Positions 50,760 to 64,000 of a stretch of DNA of 64,000 nucleotides are shown one piece after another (position 1 is the first letter of the stretch; each line of letters begins with the position of its first letter). Source of the DNA: Camelus dromedarius (lineage: Eukaryota); assembly GCF_036321535.1 (NCBI RefSeq), contig NC_087436.1, positions 25,422,001 through 25,486,000 on the forward strand, given 5' to 3'. Both the position numbers and the translations under genes were made by a program. The notes below the pieces were generated by a model. It was not told where the DNA came from. It saw nothing but the letters and a program-made list of their open reading frames with translations, and did not search any database.

Positions 50760-51650
50760 TAGTTGAGAATAGACAACCTACAGAGGAAATTTATTTCATC
50801 TTTGGATAGCTCTGCAATGAGGAAAGTTTTGGCCACTTTGAAACCCAAGTCAATATTCTGAAATTCTGCAGTCTAACACAACTACAATTCTATTAATCTA
50901 GGCTAGCACTGTATTAGTTACATGGATTAGTATATTACACCAATATACTAAATGTCAATTGAGACTGATATTGAGCTTAGTATCTAACATTCAGATGTCA
51001 TAACTTCTTACTTCCCAGGTACTGCTATCCAATCAAATTACCATTTTCTTCCATCCTTTCTGGAACCAAATGCAATAATTTATATTTACCTACTTTTAAG
51101 TTCATTCTACTAGGCTGATTGCTCTAATACTTTGAACTTCCTTTAGATTCTAATTACTTTCACTAATGACCACTTCCTGTTATTTGCAAATTTTGTAAAA
51201 TGTATTCAATTTTTATTCATATTATTGGTTAAAATTTTATGAAAAAGGCTCTATAAACTTCGTCACCCATATTTCTGTTCCTATCCACTAGGTTATATGC
51301 AAAACCTTGACAAATACCTTGCTAACAGCACATAAGAAAAAGGGAGAAAATTAGGTTGGTCATAATGACATGTACTAAATGAAGCCATTAATACTCCTAG
51401 TGAGTATTAAATATCTAATTCTAGAAACTTAAGCAGGATCTATATAATCACATCTGCTTATAATTATCAGAATGTGATTTATCTGTCTTCTGGAAAACAC
51501 AAGCTTCATCTTTCCTTCTTTCTCTTCTTCACAATTCTTTCAATAGTAATGCAACCCCTGTAAGTAACTTTATCTGATAATTCTCTCAGCATCCTGGTAG
51601 ACAATTTATCAGAGTTTTATTGTCAAATGATTCTCAGATCAGGTTCTTCC
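50760..51650 (-). mobile_element. L3/CR1 LINE remnant
   Basis: tttggatagctctgcaatgaggaaagtt and gaaaattaggttggtc...atgac...ctcctagtga...ttctagaa resemble antisense CR1/L3. Confidence 0.55.
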
Positions 51651-51704
51651 TGTCCAGGAGACTTTTCTCTTCTTCCCTAATAAACCCAGAAGCCTTCTCT
51701 TAAA

Positions 51705-51930
51705 CCTGAGGGACAGCTCAGGAGCAAGGCAAGCACCTGTGCTTAAGGCCAACTTGCCTCAGATGCCAGTGCTGCCTCCTATTGGCTGAAGAAACTGAAG
51801 GGTGATTTGCCAATTTTATTGAACATAGCTACATAAGGAAACTCACACTGCAGGGATGTAGGGATGTAGAAATCATGTATACAAAGCACAGTGCATAGCA
51901 CTAACAAAATTTTCAATCAATTTCAGCATT
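51705..51930 (+). mobile_element. MIR-like fragment
   Basis: tcagatgccagtgctgcctcctattggctg...catgtatacaaagcacagtgcatagcac. Confidence 0.45.
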
Positions 51931-54399
51931 CACAGTCATTCAGCACCCAGTTTCTAATTCTTGTATTTCCCTGTTCTGTGTGTAGTTGGTTTATAGAGCT
52001 GCATTGGGCATTGGATTTTGTAATCAATGCTCTTTTTTTATTCTTTCCCCAAGATATTTTGTAATTTCCTTTTTACAGAGAGTATAGCCTTGGGTATTCT
52101 TTTATTTTAACATAAATATAGGTGAAGTAAAAATAATCATGTGATAATATTAATGATGAAATACAGAAAGTATTAACCGAAAGTGAGAACTGAGTATTAT
52201 ATTAATGATTTCAATTATTCCTATTCTTGTTATCTTTTATCCCCCCCATCAATAACATAAATTGCCAAAAATCAATAATAAGCTAAATGGACATACATTC
52301 TCAGGATCGAAGGAGGAAAGACATTTTTGCATTGCTTATTAAACTTGCTTTATTCTGGAGACTGAATATGGGATTTAAATGTTTACACGGATGCCTTGAA
52401 GAACAGCCTTCTTACCTGTGTGAGTAATATGCTTACACAGAGTTCTGCAATTCAGAACTAGGCAATTAATTCCGTAAGTGCCTTCATGACCCTCTACATA
52501 TTTCATGAAGCTGCTGTGACTCCATTTGCCTTTGTACTTGGAGATTACATCATAATTATTTTGTTTGTAATTTAATTATTTCCACCCGTTCTTAATATCA
52601 TCATTTTCCACATTTACAATATAGAGTAATTGAAGCATAAAATAGGTTACTGTCCACACTACATAACAAAGGCAACATCCAAGCTCCGTTTCTTTGTTTA
52701 CATTAAATCAGCAATGTTGCCATTTTGCTAGGAATTTTCTTTTCAATGCTACTAGGCTAGAGCATGTTGTTTTTAGGAAGAGAACACATATGACATTTAT
52801 GTGTTCACAGTCTATGTGCTTACTACAGTAAATAAAATACACGAAGCAATAAAAAAGTGAAAATTCATTTTGACATCTGACTCTCTATCATAATTTAGGT
52901 CTGGATCTTTGAGTCTAGATTTTCCTGGTTCACTCCGCTGCCATAATGACTTTATTCACCATAAATCAAGTGATGGCCCTATCACAGAGGATCACCAGAA
53001 TCAGAAAGTACTGACTTTTTTTTTTTTTTAACTTCTCATCAAAACTTCTGCAACATGTAGGTACTGGCTCTGAGTTTCTAAAGTTGAAAGCTATAGAATG
53101 TGAACATTTTTCTTTCTCTAGGCTATAACTTTATTTTTCCCATCCAGCTCTAGGGAGAGGTTACAGAGAAAGAGGGGGAAGCCATTAAACCTTAGTATTT
53201 AGCAGTTGCTCAGAGAGCCTAATTGGAGACTCAGCTGGCTGTGCAGCCGCTGTAACAAAAGACGCTGCCTACGGGCAAATGTCCACAGAAGCCAGTTTTT
53301 TTCCTAGCTTGCCTAGAAGCCCTCCTCCAGGCTAAACTTACGGCTTTGGTTACTTTTCAAATCTGCATTTCCAACAGTTTTATTTGAATATGAAGTCACA
53401 TTTAGGTTTCCTATATTTAAAAAAATTATCATTAACACACTCCTGCTCCCCCACCTCCACAGCTCAAATATTCAAATGATTAAAAAAAAAAAAACTTTCA
53501 GAGTAATCTCTAATAATAATGTAGTACTAGACCCTACAGAGCTCATCAATATATGAGTCTATTTACTGGAAAATTCTCAAAAACAAGGAGAAAAACAAAT
53601 GTTTTATAGTATTTATAGTGCTGACATTTTGAGACTGACTCAGAAATCAGATATGTGGTGATAATTAAAGTCTCTCTGTTGGAGCGTAATACGCTCCTGT
53701 GTACTCTGTAGTAAGAAATAATCTGACATTTTAATAAAGATGAATTAAATGATAAATTGGAAAACTCAATTGTATACAAAGGAAAGACGGAAAAGACAAC
53801 CAGAAAATCCTTAAGACTGGCCCATATTTATACCAGATTCCAAGGGAGAAACTAGGAAGTTGACATCAGGACCCCACAAAATGCTGCATTTTAATGATTT
53901 TTTTTTTAAAAAAACAAGTAAATAGACATTTTAAATGTCTCAAAAATACCTTTTCACATCTTCAGTAATGTGGCATATAGAACACAAGACTGGGTGGTTA
54001 CTATCAGGATTATTAAAGTCAAGATTAAATGTCTACAATAAACAAGAATAAGCAAAACCCCTCTGGACAGAAGCTGTCATAGGAAACACAGTGATGTCAC
54101 CTGTTCCATTCTGTCACATACTCTGTGGCATCATGAAATTTATGCAATTTCCTGTAGATGTTTTTACATGTGCCCAATGTAAATTTCAGTTCATCTACAT
54201 ACTATTTTCAATTATCTGTGTAAGATTTCAAAACCATTTAAAAACATCCTCCAGAAAATTTATTTTTGCCTGAGGGTGTTCCTCATTACGTTCAAATTCT
54301 GCTAGGATTCTCATCTTGTTTGTATTATCACCACCCAGTTTTCTTCTTCTTTTGTGTACTCAGAAATACATAGGCAGAAGTATAAACTTTAAAAACAAA

Positions 54400-57290
54400 A
54401 ACAAACAACTATATGGAAACAAACTGGACAACCTAGAAGAAACAGACAAGTTTCTGAAAACATACAGTCCACCAAGACTGAATCAAGAAGAAACAGACCA
54501 CTTGAACAGACTGATCACTAGAAATGAAATAGAATTAGCAATAAAAAGACCTCCCTATAAACAAAAATCCAGGACCAGTTGGCTTCACTGGGGAATCTTA
54601 CCAAAAGTGCAAAGAACTCATACCAGTCCTCATCAGACTCTTCAAGAAGACTGAAAAGGAAGGAGTACTCCCAAACTCATTCTACGAAGCCACCATCATC
54701 CTGATACCAAAACCAGATAAAGATGCTACGGATAAAGAAAATTACAGGCCGATACGTTTGATGAACACAGATGCAAAAATCCCTAGCAAAATATTAGCAA
54801 ACAGAACCCAACAGCACATAAAAAAGATCACACAACATGATCAAGTTGAATTCATCCCAGGGACGCAAGGATGGTTCAACATATGCAAATCAATCAATGT
54901 GATACACCACATCCACAAAAGAAAGGACAAAAACCACCTGGTCATCTCAATAAATGCAGAAAAAGCATTTGATAAAATTCAACACCCATTTATGATAAAA
55001 ACTCTCACCAAAGTGGGTATAGAGGGATCATATCTCAACATAATAAAAGCTATTTATGACAAACCTACAGCCAGCATAGTACTAAACAGTGAAAAACTGA
55101 AAGCCTTCCCACTACAATCTGGAACCAGACAAGGACGCCCTCTCTCACCACTTCTATTCAACATAGTCTTGGAAGTCCTAGCCACAGCACCAGAAAAGAA
55201 AAAGAAATAAAAGGGATCTAAACTGGAAGAGAAGAGGTAAAATTGTCACTGTATGTGGATGACATGATACTATATATATAGAAAACCATGAAAGCTCCAC
55301 ACAAAAACTACTAGAGATGATAAAAAAAATTCAGCAAGGTAGCAGGATAAAAGATTACCACACAAAAATCAGTTGCATTTCTTTATACTAACAATGAATT
55401 AGCAGGTAAAGAAAGTAAAGACAATCCCTTTTAAAACTGCATCCAAAACAATAAAATACTTAGGAATCAATCTAAGCAAGGAGATGAAAGACTTATACAT
55501 GGAGAACTAAAAAACACTGGTTACGGAAGTTAAAGATGACTTACAAAAATGGAAAGATAGACCATGCTCTTGGATAGGAAGAATCAGTATCGTTAAAATG
55601 GCCATATTGCCCAAGGCAATCTACAGATTTAATGCAATCCCCATCAAATTACCTAGGATTTTTTTTTTAAACAGAACTAGAACAAACTATCTTAAAATTT
55701 ATATGGAATCATAGAAGACCCAGAATTGCCAAAGCAATATTGAAGAAAAAGAATGAAGCTGGAGGAATAACCCTCCTAGACTTCAGACAATATTACAGAG
55801 CTACAGTAATCAAAACAGTGTGGTACTGGCATAAAAACAGACATATGGGTCAAAGGAACAGAATAGAAATCCCAGAAATAAACCCATAGGTCTATAGTCA
55901 ATTAATCTTTGACAAAGGAGGCAAGAACTTCAGCAAGTGGTGTTGGGAAAACTGGATAGCAGCATGTAAATCAATGAAGTTAGAACACTCCCTTACTCCA
56001 TACACAAAAATAAAATGAAAATGGATTAAAAACTTAAATATAAGACAACATACAATAAATCTCCTAGAAGACAACACAGGCAAAACATTCTCTGATATAA
56101 ATCTTAGCAATGTTCTCCTAGGGCAGTCTACCCAGGCAATAGAAATACAAGCAAAAATAAACAAATGGGACCTAATTAACCTTACAAGCTTTTGCACAGC
56201 AAAGGAAATCATAATCAAAACAAAATGACAACCTACAGAATGGGAGAAAATATTTGCAAATAATTGGACTGACAAAGGCTTAATTTCCAGAATATATAAA
56301 TAGCTCATACAACTTAATAACGATAAACAATTAACCCAATCTTAAAATGGGCAGAGGGACCTAAACAATCTATTCTCCAATGAAGACATACAAATGACTA
56401 ATAAGCACATGAAAAAATGCTTAATATCACTAATTGTCAGAGAAATGCAAATCAAAACTACAATGAGGTATCACCTCACACCAGTCAGGAATGGCCATCA
56501 TTCAAAAGTCTATGAATGATAAATGCTGGAGAGGGTGTGGAGAAAAGGAAACCTTCCTACACTACTGGTGGGAATGCAGCCATTAGGGAAAACAGTATGG
56601 AGATTCTTCAAAAAACTAAAAATAGACCTATCATATAAGCCGCAATCCCACTTCTGAGTCTGTATCTGCAGGGAATTCTAATTTGAAAATATACATGCAC
56701 CCCAATGTTCATGGTAATACTCTATACAACAGCCAAGACATGGAAACAACCTAAATGTCCATCAATAGATGACTGGATAAAGAAGTTGTGGTATAGTTAT
56801 ACAATGGAATACTACTCAGCCATAAACAAGAATAAAATAATGCCATTTGCAGCAACATGGATGGATCCAAAGATCATCATTCTAAGTGAAGTAAGCCATA
56901 AAGAGAAAGAAAAATACCATATGATATCACTCATATGTAGAATGTAAAAAAAAAAAAAAGGACACTATGAACTCATCTACAAAACAGAGACTTGCAGACA
57001 TAGTAAACAAACTTATGGTTACTGGGGTAAGGGGGTGAGAAGGGATAAATTTGGGAGTTTGAGATTAAATGTTAGCCACTATATATAAAAATAGATTTTA
57101 AAAAGTTTCTTCTGTATAGCACAGGGAACTATGTTCAATATCTTGTAATAACCTTTAATGAAAAAGAATATGAAAATGAATATATGTATGTATATGCATG
57201 ACTGGGACATTGTGCTGTGAAGTAGAAATTGATGCATTGTAATTGACTGTACTTCAGTTTAAACAAAACAGGAAAAACCAAAAACAACAA
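54400..57290 (+). mobile_element. 5'-truncated young camelid-type L1 (RT to poly(A))
   Basis: Clear RT peptides ([37 protein letters not shown]), C-terminus and complete 3' UTR. Frameshifts and stops are present. Approximate TSD aaaaacaa(a)caact. Confidence 0.95.
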
Positions 57291-58049
57291 CTTATTTATG
57301 ACAGGCATGTTAGTTGTGTATGTATATATTCACACACATTTAGTACCATTTACTTTGCTAATCCTTTACATGTTTTTATTAATAATGTTCTATTAGAAAA
57401 TAAATATATGTATATGATAAATAAAAAAGGGGTTAAAAGGAGAGATTCCTTTCTATACAAGGTTCCACTGGGTTCTTTTTGATATGCAAACATTGTTATT
57501 ATTTTGTGCATCTTACAATAATTTGCTTATGAATATGCACAAATACATTTATATTTCTAAGAAAAATGAGATCATCTTTTGCACATACACATATATATAT
57601 ATGTTTTCTCTCATGCAGTTTTCTATTTTCAGTACATAATCCAATATATATTTTGGCTTATTCCAGATCGTCAATCATTAGATCTACTTCATTATTTTAA
57701 CGTCAGCAGAATGAGTATTTCCTTATACAAATGTATTATGATACATTTATTGAGCCCTATATTAATGAACATTTGATTCATTTCCAGCATTTTGCTAATA
57801 TAAACTGCTACAATGAGAATTTTTGTTCAGGTGTCTTTGCACAATTTTGTCCCTTTGATGTACCTTAAAAGAATGTGGAAGACAAGACATCATGCTGCTT
57901 TTATGTTATGGGAAGCAAGTTATCAAGCAAGAAGCACAATTACCAGGGACTACAATTCCCTCCCCACTTGCAGAATTGTGAGTAAATAATATAATGTATT
58001 AAGCTGCTCATTTTGATGGTATGTAATCACACAGCAATGGAGTATTGAA

Positions 58050-58700
58050 AGAAGCTTAAACTTAAGAATTAAACTTAAGAATTTCTGTTCATCAGAAGAT
58101 GCAGTAAGAGAATTAAAAGGAAGTCATGGATTGGAAGACATTTAAAATACATACAACTCAAAAAGGACTTATACTCAAATTTTATAAAGAACTTCTACAA
58201 ATCAGTGAGGAAGTCTAAACAATAAATGGGTGAAAGGCTTGAGACACTTCACAAAAGAATATATTAAAATGATAATAATTATATAAAAGGTATTTATCAT
58301 TAGTAATCTGAGAATAACTAATTAAACTGCAAGAAGGTATCAATACACACCCATCAATGGCTAAAATAGAAAGTCTGCCCATATCAAATGTCAGCAAGGA
58401 TTTCTGTAGCAAGTGAAAATGCTTGCATAGTTAGTGAGGGTGTAAACAGGTACAATCAGACTGTTTAGTGAATACTGCCAAACGTATTTCCAATCAGCAA
58501 TTCGTCTCCTAGGTAGATTCTCAAGGGAAATGAGTGCATATGTGTACCAAAGACAGATAAAAAAATGTTCATTAACAATTTTACTCGTAATAGTCAAAAA
58601 TTAGAAGTAACCATAGAATAAGTGTTACATTTGTGCAGTGAATACACACCAATGAAAAAGAGTAAACTATCATTATCTAAAATCACACTGATGAATATTG
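58050..58700 (+). mobile_element. Ancient L1ME-type ORF2 3' fragment
   Basis: aagaatttctgttcatcagaaga...tataaagaacttctacaaatcagt...cagcaattcgtctcctaggtaga. Confidence 0.75.
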
Positions 58701-59579
58701 TTTCTCTTGTATTTCATACATGGCATAACATTTTTGAAAGATAACCTTTAATAGTTTTCTCAAACAATTCTTTAGAATTGTTCTTTTAGATTTCCATTTC
58801 TTTTGGGTAGTTTTTCTAATGCAGTTTTTCAAATTAACTCATATGGAGCTGAGAGAAGTAAAGAAGTCTTACATTCTGCCATTAACTTTTCTATTATCAT
58901 TTGTGCTTAAGCTTTGCCATTTTTCTGATTTCTATTTTATAAATTTTGCTTTTATCTTTTAAAATTATTTTCTTCTCCATTATTATGTTTTGCTGCTTTT
59001 CAAATTATTTTAAACTCAGTATCTTCCTTCATTTCCATTTTTTCCTTTTTCTTATAACCTAAGTACATAATAGTATGAATAGTATTTTTTATCTGAACAT
59101 TTTCACCAGATATCACAAAAGAACTGATAGTGTTACTGCCTTTGTATTCTGCAATTTCAGTTTTTTTTATTTTATGAACTAACAGTTAAGATTTGATTTT
59201 ACATTTTTAGCTGGTATTTATTTGGTCTGTGTTCAATTTCCATTTTTGTTAATGTATTCATTTCTAATGTTATTACACTTCATTCAGATAAAAGTGGTCC
59301 TTTAACAATAATTTCTAAGAATTCTGGAAAAATGAATTCTTAAATTAAAAAGCTTGAGTGATTTCAAAGTATGCTCTGTGTGTTTAGCATGTAGAAGTAC
59401 ATAAATACATTTCTATATCTTTGTATCCTATCATAAATATATTATTTAGTTCTTATATATACTTAATTTTATTGGAACTATTTCATCTATTATTGACTAA
59501 TAGGTAAGTTTAAGTTCCTGGTGTTTTTTCTAGAGAGTTCTTGCTTTGTTAATTTTAATGCTCCTTAATTATTTAATAT

Positions 59580-59762
59580 ATGTATAATACTCACTATGTA
59601 CCTGATTTCATTCTAAGTCTTCCATAAGTATTAATTCTGGAAGTAACCTTTTGAAAAAAGTACTATCATCTGCATTTTAGAGATAAGGAAACTGAGATAT
59701 TGAGAATTTAAGTGATTGGCTCAAGTTTACATACTATAGTTGGTGGACCTACAATTTGAATT
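59580..59762 (-). mobile_element. MIR SINE
   Basis: cattttagagataaggaaactgagatattgagaatttaagtgattggctcaag. Confidence 0.8.
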
Positions 59763-59799
59763 ACTGAATTATTGGCACGTGAAGAGTATAAAATATTAT

Positions 59800-61200
59800 G
59801 CTTTCTGATATAGCCCTAAGAACATTGTAGACATTGCTCCATAGTATTTAGCACTGAATGGTGTTAACGACAAGTCTGATATGAGCTCTATATTTTTTAT
59901 CCTCCTTTTAAGTGACTTGATCATCTACCTAAATTCCCTTATAATTTTACTGTTTGTTACTGAAGTTCTATAACTTCATGAAGATTAGCCTGATAGTCTT
60001 TTTTTCTCCTCTTTTTGGGACAGTGTGGACTATTTAAGGTAATAATACAGGCCTTCGTTTAAAAAATTCTTTGATTATATATACAAATTTTTTTCTAGGT
60101 TCATGTATTCTGTTCCCTACAAACACTAATTTCTTACATGCTACTTTCCATATTGCTCATCATCTTTCTACTTCTTTACAGTGTTTGTTTCTAATTTGAT
60201 TTTGCACATTTTCAAACCTTTGCTCGATAACCCTTTTACTGACTGATATTATTTGAATTTTCATTATATGTTTTCTTTAGCTTTTTCATTTACTTCCTGG
60301 AACTAGTTTGCTTACTTTTCATCTCTATATGTTATCTTGTCATTGCTTTTTTGGACAATTATTTCAGAGAGGCCATATCTTTCATTGTTCTTTGTATTCA
60401 ATGTTAATTTTTAAGATTTGACCTACTTTATGGTAGAATTCATTTGTCTTTTTTTGGTCCACCCCAGGTCATTTGTTTTGGAGTGTCTTGGCATACGTGC
60501 TCTGCTCAATCCCTTCTAGAATTCACTCATGCCTGAATGGAGACAGTTCTCCATGGTCTAGCTTTTCAAAGTGTTTTTGAGAGAGGGGTAAGGTCCATGA
60601 ACTATAAAAGCCCAGACTGAATATTTTTTTCTTGTGGTTTCTTGATTTCTCCATCCTTGAGGTAGCAAACAATCCCCTTGGTTCTCTGTCTTCCTTCACA
60701 GACCTATTGTATGATAATACGGCATTTTCTTCTTTTTAGCAGACAAGATGGAAAACTGCAGGGCTGCCAGCTCCCCAAAGGTGCTTTATCCTTCCTCCCA
60801 ACAGCATGCTTCTTGCAAAGACAGTATGTCCAGGTGGATCCTTCTCAACCCCTTTCCCCTGAATTACCTCTGAGATAAATATGGTTTAAGGCCATCTTCT
60901 TACTTGTTTATACATATATTGTAATTTCAATCAAGGACACTTAGAAATGGCCTCTCAGAAAGTTACAGTGTGTGTATATTTCTCTGTGTTCCTCTCACTC
61001 TGCTCCAGATACACTGAGACAGTTTCCTCTCTTGTCTCTCTTTATCGCTCTGGTCCAATACTCTGCTGTTGGCAACCTTACTCCATGTTTATTTTTTTTT
61101 TTCCCTGTGTGTTTCATCCTCAGTGTATCATAGATGAATTTTCTTTTCTATTTCTCATTTCCTTGTCTTAAAGAATTGGATTCAGGAAGAAGGTAGACAA
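59800..61200 (-). mobile_element. HAL1-like remnant
   Basis: acaagtctgatatgagc...cttttaagtgacttgatc...gaagttctataacttcatgaagat matches antisense HAL1 ORF1. Right boundary is uncertain. Confidence 0.55.
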
Positions 61201-61917
61201 AGTGACCTTTGTTATCTACAAATAGAAGTCAAATCATGTTTTAGACTTTGATGTAAGGCCTTGCAAAATACTCAGGACACAGAATAATTAAAATATAAAA
61301 TGAACTTGATGTAAAAGTAATGGATGAGTGCATTAACATATTTAACAATTCTATCCTTTTCCAAAGCTTGCAGCCTTACGTCTCATCTATATATGACATT
61401 ATCATATATCATATTCAGTATAAAATATACCACAATATGAAATTCAAGTTCTGTATTAAATTGTGTTAATATACATTCCCAATAACATATTAAGTATCCC
61501 TACATCCATTATGTAAATGTAAAAAATATGCATGATACCAAGGGGAAAATGTGCTATATATCTGTAATATTGTTATTTGAAGTGTTTTGATTGTTTTGGT
61601 ATTATCTGGGTCTTAAGAACTACATTGTCTGTGTCTTTTTACAGAGTATGCATAAAAACAAAACATTTTCTCAAATTACATTCCTATTTCCAAGACAGTA
61701 TATGTTTTTTCTCATATATTTTGATTTATTTCAAATTTAATTCCAATAGTTACTACTGACTTTGGTTACCTAATGTGGGTACTTGAATAGTGACTTCACA
61801 TGTTGAGTTCAGCAGGTTTAGATGCTCCATGACAATTTGGAACATTTGGGTTGGAGAGAAGATTGCTGTGTCATTAAGAAGTGAAAGAGTGTGAGAGTCT
61901 AACAATGTTTTATGCTA

Positions 61918-62416
61918 CAGTACTGTTTATCTATTGCTATGTACCCAAATATCTCAAAATTCAGCCATTCGAAAATAACAAATATCTCTTACTCCCAGAT
62001 TCTGTGGGTCTGGATCTGGTCATAACTTAATTAGGTGCCTCTGAATTTGGTCTCTCTTGAGATTTCAGTCTACCTCTTAACTGGGGCTGCAGTCTCATCT
62101 GAAGGCTCTACTGTGGGGTGGGATCCAATTTATAGGCTCACTCATATGGTTGGTGGCTGGCCTCAGTCCCTTGCCCTATGGGCCTCATCATGCTTCATAA
62201 AGGAATAATGCAACATGAAAGGATACTTCATGATGTGGCAGTTGCTTTTCCCCAGGGTAACCAAAGTTATCATTTTATTGTCTGATCTCAGAAGTGACAT
62301 ATCATCATTTTGCCAATTCTCTTTGTAAGAAGGGGGTTGATAAATTCAGCCCACATTGAAGGGGATTACACAAAGGCATGAATATCAAGGGGTGGGCATC
62401 ACTGCTGCCCATCACA
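61918..62416 (-). mobile_element. MLT1F/G/H-like MaLR LTR
   Basis: ttatctattgct...ggggctgcagtctcatctgaaggct...ctcagaagtgacat...cacaaaggcatgaatatcaagggg. Confidence 0.85.
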
Positions 62417-63069
62417 GCTATTTTCTGAAAAAAGTGTGAATAAGGATCAGAAAAACCAGCTCTAAAATACCCTATTACCTCCAGAATTTTCTGATTATTA
62501 TCTTTTCATCCTTTCACAGTGGCTCAAGGTGATTATCAGTAAAACTCTTTCAGAAAAGGGTGGGCAGTGGGTAAAAGAGGCTGTACATCTGTGTCTGATG
62601 GACACAAGAATGCTTATGAATAAAAAATTGCTCTACTCTCTAGACTGTCTCAAAAATAGCTTGACAATTTGGGGTTTGTTTAATAAGAAAAAGGAGAACA
62701 CAGAAAACTAGATAGATTCTAAGTTGTTCTAGATTTTGGAAGAGGAACACTTGTGGGAGCCCCTGGAAGTTTCTGATGGAATAATGGAAAGAAGATTTCT
62801 TCAATTCTTTAATCTTCATCTCTAAAATGAAGTGTAAAGTACCAACATTTCAGGTTTGTCATGAATATTAATAAAGAAAGAAATATCCTGGCAAGGTAGG
62901 CATCTTCATACTCTCTTCTTTATCTTCATTCTCTCTTGTTTCCTCTATCATTTCCATAACACTGAAGAATTTAACCCATCAAGTGTCATGTAGTTTTTCC
63001 CTTCCTCCAAAAATCTATAGCAGTTTGAGTATCTAATGCTACTGATTGTGTTTATCATTATATTTAACA

Positions 63070-63175
63070 TTCATTATTATTGCTTAGCTCTATATTTTGC
63101 AGTATTTAGCCTAGTTTTTGTACATTATAGATGTTCAACATATATTTATTGAATTCTATTGAGTTGAATTCATAA
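63070..63175 (+). mobile_element. L2 3' end fragment
   Basis: tagatgttcaacatatatttattgaattctattgagttgaatt. Confidence 0.5.
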
Positions 63176-64000
63176 ATGAATCTAAATGTTTACACAATTG
63201 CACTAATCAAAATAAAGACTGTATGCTAGTTTACATTAGTATCCCACAAAAATAATGAATACCAAATTTATACATTTTTACTATTTGCAGTAGTTGCAAT
63301 ACTGTCCTTCAGATGTGGTAATTTTGCTGTGAGCCCTGATATTAATTCAAAATCAATTTAATTCAATTTTTAGTTTATTTTTAAAGAATCAAGATGATTT
63401 CCAAAATGAAATGAATCCAGTGAAGTGATATGAATAATGTTTAAATTGTTTCATGTAGATTTTTGGCATAGAAACATTTTTTTCTAGCTTTGTTCCTTTG
63501 AGAGTACTTACAATTTTAATATAAATAATAAATTCATGTACTCATGTATTAGAATAAACTCACAATTACTAAGCAAAACTATATATAGCAAGAGACTTTA
63601 TCCTTTTTTTCCTAATAAAATGCCATCTTCAAATCATGAGTTACTTGTTTAGCTAAGGGAAAGTACCAAGTCTCTTAGGAAAATGTAAGCCACTTTTATT
63701 TGCTGTTCAGCATGACGATGTTAGCTAGTTTGGAGAGACTGATACTGCTTTTTATGGCTGTGACATTGATTTAATTTTATGATACAGAAGCAATTTATAT
63801 TGGAGAAAAGTATAACTATATTTCTTTTCTTTTGGAATGGTAAAATATGCAAGATAGGGAAAAGTTACACAGTTATTCTAATTGCATTTCTTTATTCCTA
63901 AAATTATTTTCATGAAACAACACAAGTCATTCAGAAGACTGCCTGGAACCCAATAAATATTTTTAAATTAGTTTTTATGATTATTGAAATTTTAAGAGTT

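Noticed and set aside
52305..52419. Exon-like + strand segment (attctcag ... gtgagt) open in one frame
   Set aside because: It is isolated, the peptide is unrecognised and it has no partner exons, so it cannot be distinguished from a pseudoexon.
54316..56947. Reverse transcriptase-like ORFs as a functional RT system
   Set aside because: They are ordinary L1 ORF2 fragments broken by frameshifts and stops, in a 5'-truncated element.

Overview
AT-rich, CpG-poor mammalian genomic DNA. The L1 3' UTRs and a Tigger1-derived MITE point to an artiodactyl, probably a camelid; this is inferred from recalled repeat consensus features, not from a database search. Most of the window is decayed transposable elements: L1 of several ages, HAL1, L2, L3/CR1, MIR, MaLR/ERV1/ERVL LTR pieces, and hAT and Tigger DNA elements. 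A 3.8-kb C/T-rich complex satellite lies at ~10.3-14.1 kb. I found no intact protein-coding gene, RNA gene or CpG island. Three + strand microexon candidates (577-593, 1079-1100, 15731-15752) may be the 3' end of an unidentified spliced gene. Most notable observations: a decayed ubiquitin-fold-like reading frame at ~30.9-31.6 kb followed by a 48-bp repeat, nested L1 insertions that appear to carry 3'-transduced DNA, a polyadenylated U5-less MER41-like LTR, a short mRNA-3'-end retrocopy, a strong CTCF motif inside an ERVL pol remnant, and a 24-bp inverted repeat in unique DNA. All repeat family names and most boundaries are by-eye approximations.
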